From: an uncultured Eubacteriales bacterium
GTDB taxonomy: Bacteria > Acidobacteriota > Aminicenantia > Aminicenantales > Saccharicenantaceae
NCBI GenBank assembly: GCA_964523615.1
Contig: CAZFZU010000002.1
Coordinates: forward strand, 33,682 to 97,681
DNA length: 64,000 nt
Reading direction: 5' to 3'
Shown here: in pieces, positions 7,798 through 16,332 of the stretch
Layout: each line of letters opens with the position of its first letter
How positions within the stretch are numbered: position 1 is the first letter of the stretch
The notes under the pieces: model-generated
What the model saw: only the letters and a program-made list of their open reading frames with translations
What the model was told of the DNA's origin: nothing
Database searches by the model: none
Made by a program: the position numbers and the translations under genes

Positions 7798-9012
7798 TCA
7801 CTGGTACAGGGCCGTCTGCGGCTCCCTGCGGAAGGCGAACCGTCCGTCGCGGAAGACCTTGACGCAGGCGTCGACGACCCGGGCGTCGTAGCGGATGCCG
7901 CGGCCCTTGCGGACCTCGTCGAGGCCCTTTTCCAGGCCGAGGGCCGGCCGGTACGGCCGCAGCGAGCAGAGGGCCTCGACGACGTCGGCCACGGCCAGGA
8001 CCCGGGCCTCGACCATGATGGCGTCCCCGACGAGGCCGTCGGGATAGCCCGAGCCGTCCATCCGCTCGTGGTGCTGGAGGATGATGTGGGCGACGGGCCA
8101 GGGGAAGGCGATGTCCTTGATCATGTCGTAGCCGACCCGGGGATGGTCCTTGACCAGCTGGAACTCGGACTTGGTCAGCCGGCAGGGCTTGGCCATGATC
8201 TCGGCCGGGGCCGAGATCTTGCCGATGTCGTGGATGAGGCCGGCGAAGCGGAGCCCCTCGATCTTCTCCCAGGGCAGGTTCATCTCGCGGGCGATGGCCA
8301 CGGCCAGGCCCGAGACCCGGGTCTGGTGCCCGGCCATGTAGGGGTCCCGCAGCTCGAGCGTCATGGCCATGGCCTTGAACGTGCCCTCGAGAGAGCCCTC
8401 CATCCGGTCGAGCGTGCTCTGGAGGTGGTCCTCGGAGCGACGCGTCTCGAGGACCTTGCCGTGGAGCTCGTCGTTGGCCCGGGCCAGCTCTTCGGTCCGG
8501 CGGTCGACGAACTGGTCGATCTCGACCCGGGCCAGGCGCAGCTCCTTCTCGAGCCGGAGCCGCTCGGCGGCGTCCTTGTCCGCCTCGACGGCCTTCCGGG
8601 ACGCCTCCTCCTCGAGGGTCCGGACGCGCTCCTCGAGGCCCTGGCGCCGGCCCTCCAGGCTGTCGAGCATGCCGTTCAGGGTCCGGGCCAGCAGGCCGGC
8701 CTCGTCCCGCCCGTAGACGCGGGCCCGCTGGCTCAGGTCGCCCTCGGCGACGCGCTCCGCGGTCCGGGTCATCTGGACGAGGGGCCGGACGACCTCGCGG
8801 GACAGCCCGAAGGCGAAGAGCACGCCGAGGGCCAGCGCGGCCAGGCTGACGCCGACGATGGCGCCGTGGCGCCCATAGAGGAGGTGGGTCACGGCGACGT
8901 ACCCGAGCATGAGCAGGCCGAAGAGCAGGAGCATCTTCGTCCGGACCTTGCGCGGGCCGAACCGGCCGAGCGGTCCGGTCGGGCCGGGTTCGTCCTGGAG
9001 AGTGCGATTCAT
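7798..9012 (-). CDS. HAMP domain / coiled-coil / HD-GYP c-di-GMP phosphodiesterase-type protein
   Basis: HD-GYP signature HDIGK...HHERMDGSGYPDGL. One transmembrane segment and a HAMP-like segment (VVRPLVQMTRTAERVAEGDL). I chose the ATG at 9012 (MNRTLQ). The upstream 485 aa of the 889-aa track ORF are R/P/G-rich and overlap the aldolase gene in another frame. Confidence 0.85.
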   Translation of the reverse strand: MNRTLQDEPGPTGPLGRFGPRKVRTKMLLLFGLLMLGYVAVTHLLYGRHGAIVGVSLAALALGVLFAFGLSREVVRPLVQMTRTAERVAEGDLSQRARVYGRDEAGLLARTLNGMLDSLEGRRQGLEERVRTLEEEASRKAVEADKDAAERLRLEKELRLARVEIDQFVDRRTEELARANDELHGKVLETRRSEDHLQSTLDRMEGSLEGTFKAMAMTLELRDPYMAGHQTRVSGLAVAIAREMNLPWEKIEGLRFAGLIHDIGKISAPAEIMAKPCRLTKSEFQLVKDHPRVGYDMIKDIAFPWPVAHIILQHHERMDGSGYPDGLVGDAIMVEARVLAVADVVEALCSLRPYRPALGLEKGLDEVRKGRGIRYDARVVDACVKVFRDGRFAFRREPQTALYQ

Positions 9013-9158
9013 GGTCGTTCTATCCGCGGCGGAGCCTCGTTCGCGACCAGGATACTCCGGCCTCCGGCCGGGACAATGCCCTTTGGGGGTGATTTTGGAT
9101 GGTGACGCCTCGCCCCTCGAGGGGGGAAGGGGTGAGGGCGGCGCGGCGGGCCGCCCGG

Positions 9159-10481
9159 TCACCAGCGGCGGGCCTTGGCCGGCTCCATGCGCCGGAGGTC
9201 GAGGCCGCGGGCGACGGCCCCGACGCGGTAGAGGCAGATCTCCCGCAGCGAGGACGGGTGGTGGAGGACCTCCGACAGCGATTGGGCCCCGACCGCCCAG
9301 ACGCCGCCGCCTCTGACGACGACCATCTTGTAATCGTGGAGCCGCCGGACGATCTCCCCGACCCCGGCCTCGGGCGGCAGGACCGGGATGACCAGGTAGA
9401 GGAACGAGCCCTCGGCGTCGATGGGGATGATGCGGTCGGCCGGCGCGGTCTCGCCGGGATAGACGTAATGGGCGCAGGCCTCGGCCTCGGCCACATGGGC
9501 GTGCATGACGGTCTGGAAGTCGCTGGCTTCGTAAATGGCCTTGTGCATGGCGATCTCGGCGTCGTCGGCCGGGCCGGCCGCCAGGGGCACCCGCAGGAGG
9601 GGGCCACCGATGTCGCGGGGCATCGAGGCCTTGGGCGCGTAGAGCATGGCGTCGACGCCCCGGACCGACATCGACCCGGTGTGGAAGGGCGAGAGGCGTG
9701 ATTCGAAGACGCGGTGCCCGGCCTTGACGAACTCGCGCAGGATCTCCTCCTCCTCCCGGAAGTCCGAGCGGTCGTCGCCCTCGGCCTCGTAAGCCGGGGG
9801 CGGCGCGGCGAAGGCCCGGGCCGGGTCGGCCGCCACGGCCCGCCGGACCGCGGCGACGTCGACGCCGAGCCGCTCCATGGCCAGGACGACGCTGCCCGCG
9901 TAGTTGCCGACGCAGAGCCGGTGGAAGGCCTCGCGGAGCGTCCGGCCCTTGGCCATGGCCCCGTGCCCGAAGATGACCGTCAGGGGATGGACGGCCAGGC
10001 GCTCGGGGATGGTCCGGGTGAGCTCGGGCGAGCCGCTGGGCACGGCGAACCAGTCGACCGGCAGGGACGGGCCCAGCGCGTGGTAGGCCAGGGGGTCGAC
10101 GGGCGCGAAGTCCGGCGGCCGGGCCGGCTTGGGCGCGTCGTCGAGGGTGGCCAGGATGAGGTCCTTGAGGTGGGCGTGCATCGAGGCCCGGACGCCGGGC
10201 AGGGACAGGATGCGGGCGTGGATGTCGGTCTCCGAGGAGGCCTTGTAGTAGCCGTAGTCGGTCCCCGCGGCCGAGAGATGGCAGATCTGGCTCGGCTCGA
10301 GGTCGCCCTTCTGCGAGCCCGTGGCCGTGATGACGATCTCGTCCTCGCCGTCCTCGCCGTGAAGGCGGACGGCCATGTTGCCGCTGTGGCTGTCCTGGAG
10401 ATCGGCCGCGAGCGAGGCCCGGCCCAGGGCCCGGAACTCCCGGAAGAGGGCCTCGTCGGCCCGCCACTTCGGTCCGCTCAT
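9159..10481 (-). CDS. Tandem (two-domain) class II aldolase/adducin-family protein
   Basis: Domain 1 has SSETDIHARI, SMHAHL and FGHGAMAKG, the full Glu plus three-His metal set of FucA-type enzymes. Domain 2 has AEIAMHKAIY and VMHAHV, but VRGGGVWAVG sits where the HG motif is expected. The stop codon overlaps nothing. The start codon overlaps the AOR stop (ATGA). Confidence 0.8.
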   Translation of the reverse strand: MSGPKWRADEALFREFRALGRASLAADLQDSHSGNMAVRLHGEDGEDEIVITATGSQKGDLEPSQICHLSAAGTDYGYYKASSETDIHARILSLPGVRASMHAHLKDLILATLDDAPKPARPPDFAPVDPLAYHALGPSLPVDWFAVPSGSPELTRTIPERLAVHPLTVIFGHGAMAKGRTLREAFHRLCVGNYAGSVVLAMERLGVDVAAVRRAVAADPARAFAAPPPAYEAEGDDRSDFREEEEILREFVKAGHRVFESRLSPFHTGSMSVRGVDAMLYAPKASMPRDIGGPLLRVPLAAGPADDAEIAMHKAIYEASDFQTVMHAHVAEAEACAHYVYPGETAPADRIIPIDAEGSFLYLVIPVLPPEAGVGEIVRRLHDYKMVVVRGGGVWAVGAQSLSEVLHHPSSLREICLYRVGAVARGLDLRRMEPAKARRW

Positions 10482-12334
10482 CGCCGGGCCTCCTTGATCC
10501 GCAGGGCCCGGAGGAGCCCGGCCGAAGGCCGGCCGTCCTCGTCCCAGCCGCGGACCCGGTAGTAATCGCGCCTCATCCGCTCCTGGTCCGCGCGGGAGAC
10601 CGTCCGCTCTTTGCCCTCGACGACGATGGGGACGTCGGCGAAGCGGGCGGGCAGGGCGTCGTCAGCGGCCACCGCGCCGGCCTCGATGTTGAACAGGCGC
10701 TCGAGCGCGGCGACGCGGTTCTCGATCTCCTCGAGCCGGGCCACCGAGAAGTCCCGGCCGGTGACGCCGGCGACCATCCGGGCCCAGGGATCGGAGCCGA
10801 AGGCGTAGCCGGTGAAGCGGCAGACGCCGAGGCTGTCCTGGAGGATGCCCAGGTTCTGCATGTTGCGGATGGCGATCGGCGACTGCAGCAGGCTGAAGCG
10901 CGGGATCTCCTTGGCCCCTCCGAAGAAGGCCAGGGAGACGGCGTAGCCGCCGCGCAGATGGCAGGCCCCGGTCGGCGAGGTCATGTAGCCGAGGGCCTGG
11001 GTGTAGGAGGCCCGCGGATCGTAGGCGGGGATCTCGAGCTTCTTGACCGTCATAGCCAGCTCGGGCCGGCCGCGACGGGCGGCCAATCGCCAGGCGCCCT
11101 CGGCCAGCTCGGCCCCGATACCCTCCCGGCGCGCCGTCAGCGCCACCAGGGTCTCGAGGGCCTCGGCGTCCCCGAAGGTCAGGGCCAGGCCGCCGGTCTC
11201 GCCGGGGCCGATGGCGCCGGCCTGGCGCAGCTCCATGGCGCAGGCCAGCGTGCCGCCGTAGCTCATGGTGTCCAGCCCGTACTCGTTGGCCCGGTAGTTG
11301 GCCCGGGTGATGGCCGGCAGGTCGTAGATACCGCAGAGAGGCCCCATCAGAACGGTCGTTTCGTACTCGGGGCCCTCGCCACGCTCCTCGCGGCCGTCGC
11401 GGCCGGCGACCCGGGTATGCCGCTGGCAGCCGATGGGGCAGAGGTAGCAGGCCCCGGCCTTCTCGAGGAGCGTCCGGGCCAGGGTCTCGCCCGAGATGCG
11501 GTCGACGTCCTCGTCACGGTGGACGCAGTCCCTGAAGTTCTCGTGAGGCAGCATGGCGATGAGGTTGATGAGCTCGACCAGCCCGGCCGTGCCCAGGTCG
11601 CGCATGAGCCGCTTGGTCACCGGCGCCTGCTTCATGAGGTAGTGGGCCTGGTCGAAGCCGGACCGGTATTTCTCGGGGTCGGCGACGGCGATCTTCTCCC
11701 GGCCCCGGACGCGGACCGCCTTGAGCTTTTTGCTGCCCCACACGGCGCCCGGGCCGCAGCGGCCGTAGACGCGGTTGCGGTCGTTGGCGACGTCGGCGTA
11801 AAGGACCAGGTTCTCCCCCGCCGGTCCGATGCACAGGACCCGGGCCGGCTCGCCCGGCCGGGAGACGGCGGCCAGCTCGTCGTTCGTCTCGGGGATGGTC
11901 TTTCCCCAGAGCCCGTCGGCCGGCAGAAGCTCGGACTTTCCGGGCGAGATGTCGAGCATGACCGGGCTCGGCGAGGCGCCCTTGACGACCAGGGCGTCGT
12001 AGCCGGCCGACTTGAAGGCCGCCCCCCAGGTGCCGCCGGAATTCGAGGTCCCCAGCACGCCCGTGAGCGGGGACTTGAAGACCATGTGGCCGCGGCCGGC
12101 GGTCGGGGCGTTGGTGCCGACGAGGGGCGAGGCGGCGACGACGAAGGCGTTATCGGGGCCGAGCGGGTCGCAGGCGGGATCGACGGTATCGTAGAGGATG
12201 CGCGTGGCCAGGCCGCGGCCGCCGAGGTAGTCGAGGGCGTCCTCGGCGTCGAGCGGCACGGTCCGGACCTCGCCGCGCGTCAGGTCGGCGACGAGGACGC
12301 GGCCGTGGTAGCCCGGGATGGGGGATTCGCTCAT
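10478..12334 (-). CDS. aor: Aldehyde:ferredoxin oxidoreductase (tungstopterin AOR family)
   Basis: N-terminus GYHGRVLVADLTRGEV...LGGRGLATRILYD. Cluster motif CYLCPIGC. 618 aa, typical AOR length. Confidence 0.9.
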   Translation of the reverse strand: MSESPIPGYHGRVLVADLTRGEVRTVPLDAEDALDYLGGRGLATRILYDTVDPACDPLGPDNAFVVAASPLVGTNAPTAGRGHMVFKSPLTGVLGTSNSGGTWGAAFKSAGYDALVVKGASPSPVMLDISPGKSELLPADGLWGKTIPETNDELAAVSRPGEPARVLCIGPAGENLVLYADVANDRNRVYGRCGPGAVWGSKKLKAVRVRGREKIAVADPEKYRSGFDQAHYLMKQAPVTKRLMRDLGTAGLVELINLIAMLPHENFRDCVHRDEDVDRISGETLARTLLEKAGACYLCPIGCQRHTRVAGRDGREERGEGPEYETTVLMGPLCGIYDLPAITRANYRANEYGLDTMSYGGTLACAMELRQAGAIGPGETGGLALTFGDAEALETLVALTARREGIGAELAEGAWRLAARRGRPELAMTVKKLEIPAYDPRASYTQALGYMTSPTGACHLRGGYAVSLAFFGGAKEIPRFSLLQSPIAIRNMQNLGILQDSLGVCRFTGYAFGSDPWARMVAGVTGRDFSVARLEEIENRVAALERLFNIEAGAVAADDALPARFADVPIVVEGKERTVSRADQERMRRDYYRVRGWDEDGRPSAGLLRALRIKEARR

Positions 12335-12387
12335 GGTCAGCGCCTAAGATAGCAGAACGCCGGATAGCCCGCAACGCCTGCGGCGGC

Positions 12388-12663
12388 TCAACCGCCGCCG
12401 ACGAGCGGGAAGACGGCCAAGGTGTCGCCAGGCGAGAGCGGCGTCTCGGCTCCCCGCAGGGAGCCGATGGGCGCGCCGTTGAGCATGACGACGAGGTGGG
12501 GCTTGAGGACGGCGCCGTCGAAGAGCTCGCGGCGGCGGACGGGCGTGTCGGCGAGCCGGTCCAGCGCGTCGGCGACGGTGGCGGCCGGGGCCAGCTCGAG
12601 GTCCCGCTCGCGGCCGCCGAAGACCTCGCGGAAGTAGGCGAAGAGCTTGACCCGGACCGTCAC
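12388..12663 (-). CDS. MoaD/ThiS-family sulfur-carrier protein
   Basis: 91 aa ending in the diagnostic GG (FPLVGGG). The GTG start at 12663 overlaps the upstream stop codon (GTGA). The longer track ORF (151 aa) has an R/P/G-rich, non-coding-looking N-terminus. Confidence 0.8.
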   Translation of the reverse strand: MTVRVKLFAYFREVFGGRERDLELAPAATVADALDRLADTPVRRRELFDGAVLKPHLVVMLNGAPIGSLRGAETPLSPGDTLAVFPLVGGG

Positions 12664-13184
12664 GATGCGTTCCCCGGCCCGAAGAGAAGGCCGTCCAGGC
12701 GTTCCGCCGCCCCCGGCTCGCGGATGTCGACGACGGGGACCGGTGCGGGGCCGAGGGCCGCGGCGACGGCGGCCGCGCACTCTTCGCGGGCCACGACCAC
12801 GGTCGGCCCCGGCCGGGCCGCCGCTTCCTTCAAGGCCGGCCACAGGCCGCGGCCCTCGAGCTCGAGGGGACCGGCCTCGTCGACGACGAGAAGCCCGGCC
12901 GGCACGGCGCCGCGGAGGATGGCCCGGGCCCGTTCGAGGGCCTCGGGGACGAAGACGTAGGGGCCGACGCGTTCGGCATCCGGGTCGCCGCCCCGGCGCA
13001 GGTAGGCTCGCCGGCGGCCGCCGGCGATCTCGACCAGGTCGTAGGCCCGGGCACCGTCCGCGCCCGCGGCGGCGACGCTGAGGAAGCCGTCGCAGGCCCG
13101 GCCGCGGGCCCGCCAGCGCGACAGGGCCCGTTCGAGAAAGGTCGTCTTGCCGCCGTGGACCGGCCCGGACAGGACGACGACCAT
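12660..13184 (-). CDS. P-loop NTPase (THEP1/DUF2478-like)
   Basis: Walker A GPVHGGKTT at the N-terminus and Walker B LLVVDEAGPLE. 174 aa. It starts 4 nt after the pilQ stop codon. Confidence 0.7.
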   Translation of the reverse strand: MVVVLSGPVHGGKTTFLERALSRWRARGRACDGFLSVAAAGADGARAYDLVEIAGGRRRAYLRRGGDPDAERVGPYVFVPEALERARAILRGAVPAGLLVVDEAGPLELEGRGLWPALKEAAARPGPTVVVAREECAAAVAAALGPAPVPVVDIREPGAAERLDGLLFGPGNAS

Positions 13185-13188
13185 GGGG

Positions 13189-15318
13189 CTAGCGGACGTT
13201 GACGCTGGCCTCGCCCGTCTGCAGCAGGACGGCCTGGCCCATCGGGCCTCCGGCCGTCGCGCTGGTGAAGCCCAGCGAGGCCTGGCCCGGCTCGAGCGAC
13301 GAGAACACCAGGACGGCGACGACGCCGCGGCCCTTGAAGCCCCGCCCGCCGGGCGGCGTGGAGAAGCCGATGGTGCACGTGCCGCCGCTGATGTACTTGG
13401 AGAAGGGGGCCTTGTCGCCCATCTGCCGCAGCCCGGTGCCCTCGAGGACGTCCTTGAGCTGGAGGATGCGGGGATCGAAGGACAGGACGAGCGAGGCGTT
13501 GCCGATCTCGGCGTCGCTCTGGAGCTCGACGTTCATGCGGAACTCGCGGCCCCGCGGGGCCTCGAAGCTGGCCGGGGACAGGAAGATCGAGCTGGCCCCG
13601 GTGTCTTCGGGCTCGGCCGCCTCCCCGCCCGCGCCGGCCTCGTCCCGCAGGTCGGACCGGACCGCCCCGGCCGCCCCGCCCGCTCCGGTCACGCCGGACA
13701 GGTTGTCGGGATCGACCCACAGGGGCTTGAGGTCCTCCTCGCTGATCTCGACCGGGCGGATGATGTGCGGGGTGATGGTCATGACCAGGTCGGTCTGCTC
13801 GATCTGCTTCTTGGTCGCGGAGAAGAGCTGGCCCAAGAGCGGCAGGTCCTTGAGGCCGGTGATGCCGCCGACCGAGCGCCGCTCCTCGTCGCGCAGGAGC
13901 CCGGCCAGGAGGTTCGTCTCGCCGTCCTTGAGCCGGACCGTGTTCTTGACCGAGCGGTTGGCGATGATGGGGATGCCGGCCGTGCCCTCTCCGGCGATCG
14001 ACGAGACCTCGAGCTCGATCTCGAGCGTCACCTCGCCCTCGAGGTGGACGCGGGGGGTCATCTTGATGGTGATGCCGATGTCCTGGAGGTTGTAATTGAC
14101 GATGGGCTGGGTCGACAGGCCGCCGGCGGCGATGGCCGCGAAGGTCGAATTGACGATGGGCACCTTCTGGCCGACGACGTACTCCAGCTTCTCGCCGGCC
14201 ACCCCGCGGATCTTGGGCTGGGCGATGATCTTGGTGTCGGAGTCCGTGGCCAGGATGGCGGCGATGGCCGTCGGCACGGTGATCTGGTAATTGGCCAGGT
14301 TCCCGAGATCGAGCCCCTGGAGCTTGAAGAAGCCGTCGCTGTCGACGCCGCTCTCGGGGATGAGGGCCCCGGCCAGGGCGCCCTGGCTGAGGTCGATGCC
14401 CAGGTTCTTCTCCCGGATCCGGTCGACCTCCATGATCTCGATGTCGATGAGGACCTCGCCCTTGGCCTTGTCCCACTGGCGGAGGATCTTCTCGGCCAGG
14501 GCCACGGCCTGGGGCGTGTCCCGGATGGTGACCGTGTTGAGGTTCTTGTCGACCTGGATGGTCGGGACCTTGTACTGGGTCTTGACGAGCGAGGTCAGGC
14601 GCATCTGGACGTCGGCCGCGTCGATGTTGGAGAGGTAGAAGGTCTTGATGGCGTTGAGCTCGTACTGCATCCGCTTCTGGACGTTGTCGGGAACGATGAT
14701 GACCGTCCGCTCGTCGATGACGCGGGAGAAGTTCTTGCTGGCCACGCACAGGAAGTTGACGGCCTGCTGGAGGTCCTTGCCGGTCAGGTCGATGGCCAGG
14801 TTGGTGTCGCGGAAGGTGTCGTCGTAGAGGAAGTTGACGCCGGCCAGGCGGCCCAGGGTCTGGAAGATGGAGCGCAGGGAGACCTCGTTGCGGAAGCTCA
14901 GGTTGAGCGGCTCGGCCGTGCCCTTGAGCCGGACCGGCCCCTCGAGCTTGTCCCCGTTCTTGTCCTTCTTCTCCGGCGGGGACAGCAGGGCCTGGAGCTC
15001 GCGGGAGGCCTGGAAGTTCTGGGGATCGAACAGGAGGGCCTTGCGGTAATTGACCTCGGCCTCCTTGCGCTTGTTCTGGGCGACCAGGGTCCGGGCCTGC
15101 TGGAGGAAGTACAGGGTGGCCGAGGCCCGGGCCCGGAACAGGGCCAGGCGGTAGGCGGAGTCGTTGGGATGGGACAGGGCCGCCTTCTGGTAGGCCTGGA
15201 TGGCCTCGTCGTAGTTCTTGTTCAGCTCGGCCTTGAGGCCCTGCTGGTAGTCGAGGCTGATCGTCCGGCAGGCGCCGACGGCCAGGGCCAGGACGAGGAT
15301 GAAGGCGGTCTTCTTCAT
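13189..15318 (-). CDS. pilQ: Type IV pilus secretin with N-terminal lipoprotein/TPR module and C-terminal cohesin-like domain
   Basis: Lipobox LALAVGAC. TPR-like repeats (YDEAIQAYQKAALSHPND..., AEVNYRKALLFDPQN). Secretin core (IIAQPKIRGVAGEKLEYVVGQKVP, GGITGLKDLPLLGQLF). After an acidic/Gly linker there is an extra beta-rich tail of about 130 aa. Confidence 0.9.
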   Translation of the reverse strand: MKKTAFILVLALAVGACRTISLDYQQGLKAELNKNYDEAIQAYQKAALSHPNDSAYRLALFRARASATLYFLQQARTLVAQNKRKEAEVNYRKALLFDPQNFQASRELQALLSPPEKKDKNGDKLEGPVRLKGTAEPLNLSFRNEVSLRSIFQTLGRLAGVNFLYDDTFRDTNLAIDLTGKDLQQAVNFLCVASKNFSRVIDERTVIIVPDNVQKRMQYELNAIKTFYLSNIDAADVQMRLTSLVKTQYKVPTIQVDKNLNTVTIRDTPQAVALAEKILRQWDKAKGEVLIDIEIMEVDRIREKNLGIDLSQGALAGALIPESGVDSDGFFKLQGLDLGNLANYQITVPTAIAAILATDSDTKIIAQPKIRGVAGEKLEYVVGQKVPIVNSTFAAIAAGGLSTQPIVNYNLQDIGITIKMTPRVHLEGEVTLEIELEVSSIAGEGTAGIPIIANRSVKNTVRLKDGETNLLAGLLRDEERRSVGGITGLKDLPLLGQLFSATKKQIEQTDLVMTITPHIIRPVEISEEDLKPLWVDPDNLSGVTGAGGAAGAVRSDLRDEAGAGGEAAEPEDTGASSIFLSPASFEAPRGREFRMNVELQSDAEIGNASLVLSFDPRILQLKDVLEGTGLRQMGDKAPFSKYISGGTCTIGFSTPPGGRGFKGRGVVAVLVFSSLEPGQASLGFTSATAGGPMGQAVLLQTGEASVNVR

Positions 15319-15782
15319 GGCCGGTCTCCTTGCTTGGCGAACGTCTTTCTCTCGCCGTTCGGTCCCTCGACGACGATGGCTTCGGCCGTGACGCCCACGA
15401 CCTTGTAACCGGGCGCGATCTCGTCGCCCTCGCCGACGTCCAGCGTCTGTCCGCCGCGCAGGACCAGGCCGATGACGCGGCCGCCGGACTTGATCGATCC
15501 GAGGTAGGAGATGTTCAGGGCGAAGGCCGGGGCCGGCGCGGCGGCCGGGCCGCCGGGAGCGGGACGGACGGACGGCCCGCCGGTCCGGACGGCGGCCGCG
15601 GCGGCGGCGGCCCGGGGCCGGAAGATGTCGCGCACGGGGGGCGGGACCTCGCCGGGGCCGAGGACGAGGAGGTCCAGCCGGACGAGCGGCTTCGGGGCCG
15701 GGGCGTCCTGGCCCGCCGCGAGGACGGCCAGGCCGCCGCAGAGGACGGCCGCCGCGAGCCGCGTCATCGTTCTATATCCCAT
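15315..15782 (-). CDS. PilP-like pilus assembly protein (called by position)
   Basis: Signal-like N-terminus, a Pro/Ala-rich linker, then a small beta domain (GGRVIGLVLRGGQTLDVGEGDEIAPGYKVVGVT). It lies between the pilO-like gene and pilQ, with an ATGA overlap with pilQ. The start may instead be the ATG at 15767. Confidence 0.5.
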   Translation of the reverse strand: MGYRTMTRLAAAVLCGGLAVLAAGQDAPAPKPLVRLDLLVLGPGEVPPPVRDIFRPRAAAAAAAVRTGGPSVRPAPGGPAAAPAPAFALNISYLGSIKSGGRVIGLVLRGGQTLDVGEGDEIAPGYKVVGVTAEAIVVEGPNGERKTFAKQGDRP

Positions 15783-16332
15783 AGTAGCCCGCCAGGGTGA
15801 GCTTGGCGCTCAGGCGCTCGCCGCCCGAGCCCGTCCGGGGGAACTCGACCTTCTCGATGACCAGGAACTTGGGAAAGGCCTCGAGGACGGCCAGGAGCTT
15901 CTTCAGCCCCGCGTACGTCCCGGTGTAGGTGAAGGAGACGAGGGTCTTGCGGACCTTCTCCTTCTCCATGTCGGAGTAGCCGTAGTCGAGGTCGGTGATG
16001 GACGTGCCGGCCTGGGCGAAGATCTTCTGGAGGTCCTGGCGCAGGACCTGGACGCCGGCGGCCTCGTCGTAGAAGGCGCCCGTCCGCAGCTGGGCCAGGT
16101 CCCGCCCGGCGTCCTCCCAGCGCTTCCACTCGGCCCGGGCCTCGTCGCGCGACTTGACGGCCCGCTGGGCGGATTCGCGGGCGTGCACGGAGGCGGTCCG
16201 CTCCCGCTCCAGGCCGCCCCGGAGGCGCACGAACAGGACGAGGGCCACGGCCACGGCCGCGACGGCGGCCACGGCCAGGCGGACGAGCGCCCGCCGCTCC
16301 GCGTCGTCGAACAGGTCAAAGAGCGCGTTCAT
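15772..16332 (-). CDS. pilO: PilO/GspM-like pilus assembly protein
   Basis: 186 aa, bitopic: one transmembrane segment (LAVAAVAAVAVALVLFV), a coiled coil, then an alpha/beta domain. It occupies the canonical position after pilN. Confidence 0.6.
   Translation of the reverse strand: MNALFDLFDDAERRALVRLAVAAVAAVAVALVLFVRLRGGLERERTASVHARESAQRAVKSRDEARAEWKRWEDAGRDLAQLRTGAFYDEAAGVQVLRQDLQKIFAQAGTSITDLDYGYSDMEKEKVRKTLVSFTYTGTYAGLKKLLAVLEAFPKFLVIEKVEFPRTGSGGERLSAKLTLAGYYGI

Noticed and set aside
9013-10467. The N-terminal 485 aa of the 889-aa ORF 7798-10467, which would make the HD-GYP protein much larger.
   Set aside because: That part is R/P/G-rich and overlaps the well-supported tandem aldolase gene in another frame. 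A clean start (MNRTLQ at 9012) precedes the transmembrane and HAMP region.
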